Below are positions 52,604 through 62,812 of a DNA stretch of 64,000 nucleotides, in pieces. The notes beneath the pieces are model-generated. The model was not told the DNA's origin. It saw nothing but the letters and a program-made list of their open reading frames with translations, and ran no database searches. Numbering within the stretch: the first letter of the stretch is position 1; the number at the start of each line of letters is the position of its first letter. Position numbers and translations under genes: made by a program. The stretch comes from an uncultured virus (IMG/VR IMGVR_UViG_3300042294_002635) (lineage: Duplodnaviria; Heunggongvirae; Uroviricota; Caudoviricetes): IMG/VR virus record IMGVR_UViG_3300042294_002635. One strand, written 5' to 3'.

Positions 52604-53812
52604 GGCGGTTCACCCCCTTGCCTTCCCGGCAGGAAAGCGATATAGTTACTTCAGTCCACGCACGCAACCATGACCTTCGACCCTCAAGCAGAAGCACGCT
52701 CAATGCTGCTTTGTTGGGAAAAGTACTACGTTATTCCACCTAACACTAAAACACTTCGAGATTGCGCTGAGCATGGCGCTACACACTGCGCCTACGGCTG
52801 GCCAAAGTTTCCGGACCCCAGATGGAACAGTGAGCAGATCGAAGCGTATCTTGCTGCCTACTGCTCTGCCCCGCATAGTCCGTGCTGAGGCACACCCACC
52901 GATCCCTTTCTTTGGGGCGGTTTACCCCCCTTTCTTTCTCGAAGAGAAAGCGGTATAGTTACTTCAGGCAACTCCGAAGCAACCATGGCATTCCACCCCC
53001 AAGCAGAAGCCGATCTCGAAGCACTTTGGCTGGGGCTTCCCGAAGACGCCCGCAGGAAGGTTGAGAAGATGCCCGCAGGTTTGCGAGACTCTTTTTTGCA
53101 GTTGACGCACTCCTATGCACTTTCCGCCTACGAACTTGGATCTCGGCGATCCAGGCAAGACTGCCACCGGGCTATTTTACTTGTGGCTGAGAAGGTGCAT
53201 CCCGACAGCAACTTGGAAAGTTTTCTGGAGCCTGACTACGGAATGGTGCCCCGTGCGTAGATCTACCAACGAACCAATGAATCTTAGCAAAGTTTTTTGA
53301 ATTTCCGCTACCCCCCTGAACCGAAGCAAAGCCGTGATCAACCCCAAGCCACCGATAACAGATGCGCAAAGAAACATGTTACGGCTGATTGAACGCAGCA
53401 CGGACTCAGGGGACGGATGGCTCTCAGTGTCTAGCCTCCTTTGGAAGCTGGTGGTGGATCAAAGCCACCCAGAACTAACTGAGTTGGATCAAGAAAACAC
53501 GCGGGTCCGGTTTACACCGGAAGGACTCATTGTGATGAAGTATTTGCCATGACTCTTGAGTCACCAATTCTTAATCTTGCAGAGTTTCTCGGCAAAGAAG
53601 TTATCATTCTGCTACGCAACGGTCCTACACAAGCCGGAGTTATTATACCTTCTTCGATTGAGTTGCTGCCATGGGGCTGGATGACCGGGTTGTACCCCTA
53701 CTCCATAGACTCAGCTCCAGCTCTTACTTGGACCGGCACAGGTCGGTGGGATATTATTGATGAACACGAGTACGACATTATGAAAATTGATCTAAAAACT
53801 GAATGAGAAACA

Positions 53813-54370
53813 ATGATTGAGGCTAAAGGGGCAATGAAAGTGTACACAGGAATTGGGAGTCGAGAGACACCTGGTCCGATTCTGGCACTTATGGACCGAA
53901 TTTCGGCAAGGATGGACCGTCTAGGATTCACACTGCGCTCGGGTGGTGCTGATGGCGCCGATGCGGCTTTTGAAGCAAACTCCAGGAGAAAGGAGATATT
54001 CTTGCCGTGGAACGGATTCAACGGACGGTACCACGACGGTAAATCCCACTTTGATTATCTTTTGTGCCCAGGACGAGAGCTAGCTCAAGAAAGCGTGGAG
54101 CGGTTCCATCCCGCACCCTCTCGGCTCTACGATAAGGGGCGAAAGTTAATGGCTAGGAACGCGATGCAAGTTCTAGGGAGAGACTGCAAGAGCCCAACAG
54201 ACGTGGTAATTTGCTGGACAAAAAATGGTAAGGATGTCGGTGGAACCTCACAGGCGATTCGCATCGCTAGGTTTCACAACATTCCCGTTCTCAACCTGGG
54301 AAACCTAGCCACAGAAACATACTTTACTGCTTTCACAGACGATCCTGACTCGCCTTTTGTTCTTCCTTAG
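53813..54370 (+). CDS. SLOG/DprA-like phage protein
   Basis: YTGIGSRETP, LRSGGADGAD.AFE, ARN..QVLG, GGT.QAIR.A. Confidence 0.8.
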   Translation: MIEAKGAMKVYTGIGSRETPGPILALMDRISARMDRLGFTLRSGGADGADAAFEANSRRKEIFLPWNGFNGRYHDGKSHFDYLLCPGRELAQESVERFHPAPSRLYDKGRKLMARNAMQVLGRDCKSPTDVVICWTKNGKDVGGTSQAIRIARFHNIPVLNLGNLATETYFTAFTDDPDSPFVLP

Positions 54371-54939
54371 AGCGGTTTCCCGGTTACCTTGGGGCGGTTT
54401 CCCCCCGTTTGTTTTTCAGACGGAAAACGCTATAGCAGGTTTATACGGGGCAAACCCCGCAATCCACCTTTTACCAGAAAAATGGCATTCACATCCGAAG
54501 GAACAATCGAAATCCACCTTCCCGAGTTTTGGGACTGGGTTCACGAAAACTATCTCCCTGTCCCCAGGGGGTCTGAGGTACGTTATGGGGTTCCCCGCAT
54601 CAACCGTGGGAACTCCGTCATGGAAATTGACTTTGCGGCTGCTACCGAGTGCGATCCGGCGGATTGGGCGGTGAAGCCGAAGGCGGTGACCCAGGGGGAT
54701 TCTGCTGGCGCTGCACAAACTGAAAGTCCTACCGAAGGGGGAGCTCAACATACCATTGAGCTGCGTGTATCGCAAAACTTTTATGACGTGTGACCCTTCT
54801 TGCAAAGGCTGACGGTATAAGTAAAGCCGACGTCATAAGAGGTGCTGTGTACTCTGTAATCAAGGGAGTTCTGCAGAACTAAGCCGCTTAGCACCCGAAG
54901 ACAAGCACCAAAAGTCAACCAACCAAACCACAACGCAAA

Positions 54940-56013
54940 ATGGCAAACATTGAACGCAAACTCGCCTCCGTCCGAAAAGTAACGGAGATCCGACCAATCC
55001 CAGACGCCGACGCAATTGAGTGCGCCATCGTGGGAGGTGGCTGGCCCGTTGTCGTGAAGAAGGGGGAGTTCCAAGCTGGTGATCTTGCAATCTATTTCGA
55101 GATTGACTCGTGGATTCCCCACGAACTTGCCCCGTTCTTGTCCAAAGGGAAGGAACCAAGGGAGTACAATGGAGTGAAGGGGGAGAGGTTGAAAACCGTC
55201 CGGCTCCGTGGTCAAGTCTCCCAGGGTCTTCTACTCCGCTTCACAGACATCCCCCCGAGCTTCTATGCGGTCTCCTTGGTTGAGCCCGAGGGGGGAATGC
55301 TCCGGGTTGATGAGTGCGTGTGGGAAGAAGGTGAGGATTTCACTCTAGAGTTTGGTATTCAAAAGTGGGAGGCCACGGTCCCCGCATGCCTTGCCGGACA
55401 AGTGCGTGGAAACTTCCCGAGTTTCATTACCAAAACGGACCAGCCGAGAGTTCAATCTCTATACGACAAACTGGGGGAATACAAGAATGTTATATACGAA
55501 GTTACGGAGAAACTAGAGGGTACATCCTGTACGATGTACCTTAACAACGGAGAGTTCGGAGTTTGCTCCCGTAACTTAGACCTAAAAGAGGATTATAATA
55601 ACACTTATTGGTCCGTCGCTAGAAAAGTCAATCTAGAAGAAAAACTGAAGACTGCAGGGTTTGACAATGTGGCTGTACAGGGAGAAGTTGTAGGCCCAAA
55701 AATACAGCAAAACATCTACAAGCTAAATGACTTCAAGTTCTTTGTTTTTGATGTCTACCTTACGGATATGGGGAGGTACATGACCCCCCTGGAAAGGAAA
55801 AACTTTTGCGATCAATTTGGTTTGGGCCACGTCCCTGTGTTGGGAAGCTTCTCTATAAAGGATATGGGTGTGGAAGAGATCCTCGGTATGGCAGACGGTT
55901 TCTCTCAACTTAGCAATAAGACTCTCCGGGAGGGGATTGTCTTCAAGAGTGAATGTGGTGCTTTTAGCTTCAAGAGCATCAGCAATCAGTACCTTCTTAA
56001 AAGCGGGCTTTGA
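54940..56013 (+). CDS. RNA ligase, Rnl2/DRB0094 family
   Basis: RKLAS...I.PI.DAD.IE, YFEIDS, LRGQ.SQGL, FP.FI.KTD, TEKLEGTS, QGE..GP.IQ.N, REG.V.K, FK.ISN.YL. Confidence 0.9.
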   Translation: MANIERKLASVRKVTEIRPIPDADAIECAIVGGGWPVVVKKGEFQAGDLAIYFEIDSWIPHELAPFLSKGKEPREYNGVKGERLKTVRLRGQVSQGLLLRFTDIPPSFYAVSLVEPEGGMLRVDECVWEEGEDFTLEFGIQKWEATVPACLAGQVRGNFPSFITKTDQPRVQSLYDKLGEYKNVIYEVTEKLEGTSCTMYLNNGEFGVCSRNLDLKEDYNNTYWSVARKVNLEEKLKTAGFDNVAVQGEVVGPKIQQNIYKLNDFKFFVFDVYLTDMGRYMTPLERKNFCDQFGLGHVPVLGSFSIKDMGVEEILGMADGFSQLSNKTLREGIVFKSECGAFSFKSISNQYLLKSGL

Positions 56014-56856
56014 CGGTCCCGTTTTGGCCTTGTTAGGGGTTAAATCAACCCTAAGAAGAAGGTTCCCCACTCCGCATTCATTTACATCCAACTGACTACC
56101 AATTTGACTGGGAGTGTAGCCCTTGAGATGTAAAACTAAGATACTTATGCAGTAGTCGCTGTAACTAGAGAACTTGTTCCCGTACTTATTATACACTTTA
56201 GTTCTCTGCTGGTCGTTCAAAGAAGTCAGATTTAGGCGCTCTAGGGCTTTAGCAACGCCTCTGACGTTCACTCCCAGGGCTTTTGAAATGACCTCCGCGA
56301 TACCCCAACAAGACTCGTATAGGTTTTCTATCTCAACTAAGAAATGTTTATAGGAGTGAAATCTGTTTCTAATTGCTGGACTTTTTAATAGCTGCTTCCA
56401 GGAATTTTCTTCGGCCCTTCCCTTTGCAGCCATAGACAGTTTCTTCTTAGTTTCTTCTGAGGCTTTAAAACCTTTTCTAGTCTTGCTAATCTTCTCCGCA
56501 GTTAAATGTGTCACGGGGCAATTCTCCTTGGTTCTACCCACATTCCATGGCGCCCCCTTGGCCCCGAAAGCGTTCTTTCGGCTTCTGTTTAAGTATAGTT
56601 CGTTGAACTCTATGTTTAGTCTTCGTAAAACAGTTTGTTCCCATTCGGCTGCCTTTTTAGGTTCGTCTCCAAAAGTTTTTCTCACTTCTATGATATCTGG
56701 CTCCCCGTGAACTTTTCTAAATGCTTTTACATGCCGGGAGCTAGTGAAATAGGCAACCCAAAGGTCAGCAGGGTGACATCCTTTGGCGAATCTAACTCCG
56801 TAGTAGTACTTATTGAACCGGGACCAACCCACTCTGTATGTGTAGCAATTTCTCAT
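55723..56856 (-). mobile_element. free-standing GIY-YIG (Seg-like) homing endonuclease with NUMOD3-like motif
   Basis: YTY.V......YYYGVR, YFTSS, 'KISKTRKG...SEETKKKLS'; the only long gene-like ORF on the minus strand. Confidence 0.8.
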
Positions 56857-56921
56857 TGGTTTCAGAACGACTTGTTAAGGTTTACCCTGAATGATTTCGC
56901 CTAGTTAAAACTAGACGGCTC

Positions 56922-57145
56922 TTGGTGCCTGGGGACGCTAAAGCCCCCCTGGAGCACGCACCCGTCCTGGACCTTTCCCTAGTGCTGATCGACCGGTTCG
57001 GCTCCCAGGAGGAGCTGCCAGCTTACGCCGATGGCCCGTCTCTGAACCCCAAGGTTAAGCGAGAAGGGATTGTCCTCAAATCCAATGAGTATGGCTTCAC
57101 TTTTAAGGCCATCAGTAATGAATAGTTGCTGAAAAAGAAGGAGAA
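56922..57145 (+). pseudogene. displaced duplicate 3' end of the RNA ligase gene
   Basis: HAPVL...ADGPS...REGIVLKS...FTFKAISNE*LLKK matches ligase C-terminus HVPVL...ADGFS...REGIVFKS...FSFKSISNQYLLKS. Confidence 0.8.
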
Positions 57146-57330
57146 GTGATGGCTGAAGTGAATCTAGAAGTCCCTTGGACTTCACTAATTGAATCTGAGC
57201 AGAAAGCTGCTCAAGCTATCTTAGACGACGAAAATCTAGGGAGGTTACTGAGCGAGGTTATAATATACCAAGACGCCCTCAAGCGAAAGATTGACCAAAT
57301 ACTCAAGAGTTTATCCAATCTAAAATAAAA

Positions 57331-58034
57331 ATGCTCTCTTTAATTCGCTACGCAAATTGGCACATTCGCCGCTATAGACAAGGCACTTCTACCCTAACCC
57401 TAGCACTTATATTTGCTTTTCATTGTTTGGTAGCCTGCTTCACCTTAAGTCTAGGGATCTTGGCAACTCCTGTGAACCACTTCCTGGTGTCATATGGCAT
57501 CTCACTCCTTGCCATTACATGTTACATTCATCGTCCCAACATACACAATGATTCCTAATGCGTAAGTTCTTTCGTGACTGCAATCTAGTAATTCGAAACT
57601 ACCGTGATAACACACTAACCGTAGCAATAGCGGCAGTCTTTGCTATACAATGCTTAATTTCGTCCTTGGCGATAGTTGTCGGAGTTCATGTCCCTGTAAC
57701 TTTTCTGTCCGTTACGAGTGTGGTACTTGGACTCCTCGGTGTTGCATTCACGTTGTATGTTCATCGTCCAAATTCCGATAGGCCGGATACCTGGGGGGTA
57801 GTGTTCCCTCGTGAAAGCCAAAGTGGTTGGGGCGGTTTCCCGTTTGTTCCGGGACGGTTTCCCGGCTTGTTTTTGCTCGGCAGAAACGCTATACTAACTA
57901 AGTCAGTTCACCCCGCACTAAACCTAAATGTCAGCCCCAACCCCCGTACGAATACCCTACGGGCACAACTCCCGAAGCGATTGAAGCCTTTCGCACCTTA
58001 TGGTGTCAAACACCTGAAGACGACGTCCGCCTAG
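57331..58034 (+). CDS. two tandem paralogous small membrane proteins (57331-57558 and 57558 onward)
   Basis: IR.YR..T.T...A..FA..CL...Y.HRPN in both. Confidence 0.55.
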
Positions 58035-59083
58035 GCTCCGTCTTTGAAATTTTCCTGAAGGGGTTTATTTCCGGCCGGATTTCCATATTTGAGCAACTTT
58101 CCCGCGATCTCTCCAACTTGGATGAAAGGGTTGGGGACCTGGAGCGATTCCGAAACGCAACCGCAAATTACGACTCGTTCGGCGACTACACACGATAGTA
58201 AAGCTACTATTCCGAACTCTCCTGACCTAACCTTAGTTGTAGCTGTACGTTATTCACATACGGCTCAGTACGCCCTACGGTTACACTCTCCGGTCCAAAC
58301 CGCAAATCTCAAAAATGGAACTACTTGCCATAGCCCTGTTCAGTGTAGCCATCGGTGCCATAGGCTACACCTGCGATCGACGAGACTGGAACGGGGGCTT
58401 CTGCAGGGAGTCCGGTAAACCGTGGGTTCAGTTTGACACCGCAAGCGATGGCTCCCGAGGATATAGGGACGGGTCTGATAACTACATTTGGATTTCTTAC
58501 CCCGTCGACCACTCGAAAGTTTCCTAGTGCCCTCAACCGTGCCATTTCAACTCCCCAAATGATGAATCCAGAAGACCGAATCTTGTTCGACCCTCTCACT
58601 GAAACTTTCACGTATCCTAACGGGATTCAAGAAACTCTGGCCGAGTACAAACAAAGGACACACCAGTTCGAGTACATTCGCAATCTTCAGAGTGCCCTTG
58701 GAGAACTTAAGGTTCTGTACCAAAACCCTGGCTGCATGACAGAACCTGAGTACAGCAGGGCTAAAAATAAAATCAAGGAAGAGTTTGACTTCTGGGAACT
58801 TAACCTTTTCGTTGAGTACGACGATGAGGACTTTGGTAGTTCACCTAAGTATCCGCATTAACACAATACTCTGCCTTAGCCCCCAGCCGACTAACTTTTC
58901 ACTCTACAAAATGACTCAAGTACTTTCCGCGTTTTTCTGGATGTTTATAATGTGGGTGTCCATATTTTTGGGTCTCGTACGTTACAGGGAAAATAAACTA
59001 GGGTGGGCTTCCTTTAATTTTTTTTACCACCGTATTAGCACTTTGCAACCTTATATTTTTGCGTCTGACACCCAATTAATCGT

Positions 59084-59593
59084 ATGAGTACACTTTATAG
59101 GGCCAACGGAGACCTGTTAGTGCTGGCTCGCAAGGGCCAGTTTGACATAATTGTCCACGGCGCCAATTGTTTTAATAAGATGGCTTCAGGCATCGCGGGG
59201 CAAATAAGCCGTGAGCACCCAGAAGCAGCGAGCGTTGACCTTTCCACTCGGGCAGGGGACCGAAGCAAGCTCGGTCGTTGGAGCATGGTGAAGGTGCACG
59301 GGGAAGGCAGCCATACTTTCTACATTGTCAACGCATATACTCAGTACTCGTACGGAAGGGGCAAAGACATTTTCGAGTACGACTTTTTCCGAGACTTTCT
59401 CAAAAGTTTTCAAACTTTTTTGAGGAGCGGCGCCATGGCTGCGCCACTAGACGGGAAGTTTGCGGTAGGACTCCCGTACATTGGGTGCGGTCTCGCTGGC
59501 GGTAACGAAGACACGATAGTAAAAATGCTTGAAAGTTTCTCCCTGTCCTGCCACGATATTGCGGAAGTCACTCTCGTACGGTACGTGCGATGA
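59084..59593 (+). CDS. macrodomain (ADP-ribose binding/processing) protein
   Basis: GDLL, IVHGANCF..M.SGIA.QI, NAYTQY, PYIGCGLAGG. Confidence 0.88.
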   Translation: MSTLYRANGDLLVLARKGQFDIIVHGANCFNKMASGIAGQISREHPEAASVDLSTRAGDRSKLGRWSMVKVHGEGSHTFYIVNAYTQYSYGRGKDIFEYDFFRDFLKSFQTFLRSGAMAAPLDGKFAVGLPYIGCGLAGGNEDTIVKMLESFSLSCHDIAEVTLVRYVR

Positions 59594-60210
59594 CCTCGCT
59601 GCAGTGGCTAAACATAGCCTCTTGCTCTGCTCGTCGCCTTTCCGCTCTACGGCTTCGAGGGTCGTCCACCACCGAAGCCAAGGTCGGAGAAAAGGCTACC
59701 TTGGACATGGCTCTGTCTAAGGCGAACATGGCCATTATGGCTCGCTTAAGGGCACATTTTACGTCGAACAGCCCAAGCCAGAGGTAAAGGGGACGGTTTT
59801 CCCCCTTTGCTTTTCGGGGCAAATGGGCTATACTAGCTTTAGGGAGTTCACCCTCTACAACGAACTCCTAGAAACCTTTCTCAAAGAAAATGAAAAACCT
59901 TCTCGAACCCTTGCGCAGAGTCAACTACGTGGTTGTTGGTAACAGAGCCGTGAACGCGGCACTGACTACGATTGCGTGGTCCGTTCTCCTTTTTGGCCTT
60001 GCGAGTAAGGCTGTCAAGGCTCTAAGACCCCACCTTGTCGTTGCCCTGAAGGCACTGCTTAATGCCCTGGAGGAGCCACCGTCACCGGTCCAACCCCTTG
60101 CTCTTGCAGAGTCTCCTGCGCCATCCCCGGTTGTCTCAGCACCTGCTGTCGCCAGAAAAAGGCCCACCCGTCGCGAGCCTGCACAACACAAAGGATTTCT
60201 ACGTGGCTAA

Positions 60211-60255
60211 GGGCGGTTTCCCGCCCTTGCCTTTCAGACGGAAAAACGCTATAGT
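60211..60255 (+). promoter_or_regulatory. repeat element copy with perfect dyad
   Basis: TAA-GGGCGG-TTTC-CCGCCC-TTGCCT..TATAGT; ATG at 60262. Confidence 0.85.
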
Positions 60256-60261
60256 AATATC

Positions 60262-60999
60262 ATGAATAACGTTACTTCCAATTTTGCCTTCATCGGCGAC
60301 CTACACTCTCAGAGAAAGCCCCTGCTCAAAGCACTCGATTATTGCCGAGGAGCAAATTGCACACCAATTTTCCTCGGCGACCTCTTTGACTCTCGCATGG
60401 AAACAAGCGACAGTGTCGGTGTGTACAAAGCCGTTCGGCAAGCCATGGAAGAAGGGGCGATTGTGCTTCGAAGCAACCACCAAAACAAGCTGGAGCGTTA
60501 CGCTCGCGGGAACAACGTGGTTCTTAAAGAGGGCTTTGAGCGTACTGTGCAAGACTTCTCAGACGCAGGTATCCCTATTGAGGAAGTCTCTGCCTGGCTG
60601 GAAACTTTTCCCTACGGGGTTGCCTTGCGAGATTCCCGAGGGACCGAGTACCGTTGTGCTCACGCGATGTTTCCGAAGTGGGTTCTTGTTCCGCCGTCTT
60701 ACACTGGAGTGTACCGTGTGAACGAGGTGACGAGAAAAGCCAAGGACTACATGCTGTTTGGTCCTCGCCGTCCCGGTGCGGTGTACCCTCAAGATGAGAC
60801 TCGTGTCTTTTGGTGGGAAGAGGAATGCGATCGGACCTGGGTTCGTGTCGCGGGGCACTACCACCACGTTCACACGAGCGAGAAGAGCCTGGTTCTCGAC
60901 GGTCAGATGGGTGGCAGCACTCAGAAAAGTTTCGACCCGGCGCACGCTCGCCTCTGTGTGTGGAACCTGGAAGAACAGACCCTTGTTCAGTTTGCTTAG
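60262..60999 (+). CDS. calcineurin-like metallophosphoesterase
   Basis: GDLH, GDLFD, SNH, AHA, GHYH motifs. Confidence 0.85.
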   Translation: MNNVTSNFAFIGDLHSQRKPLLKALDYCRGANCTPIFLGDLFDSRMETSDSVGVYKAVRQAMEEGAIVLRSNHQNKLERYARGNNVVLKEGFERTVQDFSDAGIPIEEVSAWLETFPYGVALRDSRGTEYRCAHAMFPKWVLVPPSYTGVYRVNEVTRKAKDYMLFGPRRPGAVYPQDETRVFWWEEECDRTWVRVAGHYHHVHTSEKSLVLDGQMGGSTQKSFDPAHARLCVWNLEEQTLVQFA

Positions 61000-61231
61000 T
61001 CTCCCAACCCTTAACTTATGAACCCCAACCCCTACGACACTGCCTTACATGGTAAGGCGTTTTCCCTTGGCGATGCAATTCAGACTCGACTATGGGACCT
61101 TTCCGTGCAATGTCATCTCCTCCTTGATCGCGGACAGTTTGACCTCGTAAGGCTCCTCCAAGCTGAGGGCGAAGCTCTCGCTCAGGCCTACGAAAACCAA
61201 GAAACCTTCCTTGTAACACACTTTAACCAAA

Positions 61232-61576
61232 ATGAAAGCTGACAGAGTAGTTCGAGGCGGCAAAGTCGCCGTGTTATATAGCCCAGGCTTTGGCGCTGGT
61301 TGGAGCACATGGAACTCCAGTGATGGTGAGGGTGACGACGGTCTCGAAAACTTTCTGTTGTTCGACCCCACCCTGGTGCACATGGTTGAAGACGACCGCC
61401 GAGACTCCATTCCAGAGTACGTTGAGTCCGTTTATCCTGACTCCCACTTTTATGGCGGCGGCGCGGGAGAACTTTCAATTTACTGGGTACCTGAAGGGGT
61501 TATGTTTAGGGTTACGGACTACGACGGGTTTGAGTCCCTTGAGTTTCGTGACGCTGAAGACTGGAAAATTGCTTAG
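61232..61576 (+). CDS. conserved phage hypothetical protein
   Basis: 'VAVLYSPGFGAGWSTWN...F.V.DYDG.ES'. Confidence 0.65.
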   Translation: MKADRVVRGGKVAVLYSPGFGAGWSTWNSSDGEGDDGLENFLLFDPTLVHMVEDDRRDSIPEYVESVYPDSHFYGGGAGELSIYWVPEGVMFRVTDYDGFESLEFRDAEDWKIA

Positions 61577-62167
61577 TTGCCTACCCTGTAACCCCACATG
61601 CTAATACGAGTTCTTGGTGTCGCTACTGGCATGTCCCTACTTCTGCTCATTCTTCTTTTGAGGGGACTTCCAGTGGTGTTCTTCCTCAAAATTGTACCGC
61701 TAGCACTCCTCCTTTGTGTTGCATGTGCGTTTATTTACGCCGGCATTTCTCCGGATTAACCTTGCCCCCTTAATTATGGAAACCGTCACGATTTCAAAAA
61801 CCGAATACGAAAGATTAGTTGAAGGGCAACTTGAACTCAACGCTCTTCATCAATTTGGGGTTGATAACTGGTGTTGGTACGATGACGCCGTTAGTTCAAT
61901 TCATGAAGAAGAAGAAAATGATGATCCCTAGACTCATCTTTTAACCACAACACCCACTCTCAAACTTCTATTATGTCACTCGCAAAAATTGGTATCGGCG
62001 TTGGTGCCGGTGCTCTCCCTATCCGAGGGTGTTTTTAACTTGAAGTGAGTGTGGTCCGGGGGTAAGGGCGGGAAGCCGCCCCTTGCTTCCCCGTAGCAAA
62101 CACGCTAGTATACCCTTACAAAACCATCGCACTGGCACCATAACCCAAAGGAAACCGCAAAGAAAAC

Positions 62168-62557
62168 ATGGGAATGTACACAGAGATTTACGTCAACGTT
62201 GACCTCAAAGCATCGACACCCGACGACGTCATTACCGTTCTCAAGGCAATGTGCGGAAAGCTCGACGAAGACTCGAAAAGAGAGGCCCTGAAGGACCTTC
62301 CAGACCGCTGGGGTTGGCTTTTCAGTGACGGCAGCTATTACACTCCACGAACACACTGCAAGTTCCTGGAACGAGACACGATCTCGAAGCAATGGGCGAT
62401 TCTAGGAAAAGGCGACATTAAGAACTACCAGGGAGAGATTCAAAAGTTCTTTGAATGGATTTCACCGTGGGTAGCCGGCGATAAGGGTGACTTTATCGGC
62501 TACTCACGGTACGAGGAAAACCAACAACCGCAACTCTACTTCTTAACAAAACAATGA
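62168..62557 (+). CDS. conserved phage hypothetical protein
   Basis: 'MGMYTE...KNY..EI.KF.EWI.P...IGY.RYEE'. Confidence 0.65.
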   Translation: MGMYTEIYVNVDLKASTPDDVITVLKAMCGKLDEDSKREALKDLPDRWGWLFSDGSYYTPRTHCKFLERDTISKQWAILGKGDIKNYQGEIQKFFEWISPWVAGDKGDFIGYSRYEENQQPQLYFLTKQ

Positions 62558-62812
62558 ACTTCGACAACTTTGGCCAGATTTGGAACGAGTCCCGTGGCCG
62601 ATTCACAAAGTCTGGACGCGACACCATTCACGAAACGAAAATTGAGGAATGGGTAGATAGGGGCGTTGACCTTGCCTTTGACCCTTCCTTCTGGGAAGGT
62701 ATGGTTCGTGGAGCTATTGAACGTCTTCAAGAAGAGATCGCAGGTACGGACAACCTGCGCTGATTGCACCGCCGTCCGACCCAAACTCCTGATCAACCAA
62801 CCTCGCAAAACC

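Larger units (their letters stand above)
1041..62111 (+). repeat. Dispersed family of ~29 composite dyad-box + sigma70 promoter elements
   Basis: Copies begin at approx 1041, 2614, 4208, 8733, 9613, 11144, 12970, 17495, 19393, 23283, 26518, 30961, 35857, 36261, 40332, 41648, 42390, 46012, 47826, 49115, 49466, 51283, 52604, 52915, 54370, 57830, 59790, 60211, 62066; consensus GGGCGG-TTWM-CCSSYY TTGYTT-N17-TATAGT. Confidence 0.9.

Noticed and set aside
55723..56900. Group I intron or intein in the RNA ligase
   Set aside because: The ligase ORF is complete without splicing, the endonuclease is antisense, and no intron core or intein terminal motifs were seen.
32828..57145. Stop-codon reassignment suggested by in-frame stops (TGA near 3010, TAA 32948, TAG 57123)
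   Set aside because: Three different stops are involved. Conserved genes end normally at TAA, TAG and TGA, and no suppressor tRNA is seen. Decay or sequence error is the simpler explanation.
1041..62111. Repeat family as a CRISPR array or integron attC array
   Set aside because: Copies are degenerate, separated by whole genes, and contain -35/-10 promoters. There are no constant-length spacers, no attC RYYYAAC/GTTRRRY ends, and no cas or integrase gene in the window.
9632..62812. Long upstream starts in the ORF track (9632, 20221, 30072, 33855, 36219, 41498, 47800, 54389, 62666)
   Set aside because: These extensions run through promoters, leaders or upstream genes; downstream ATGs fit the domain boundaries better.
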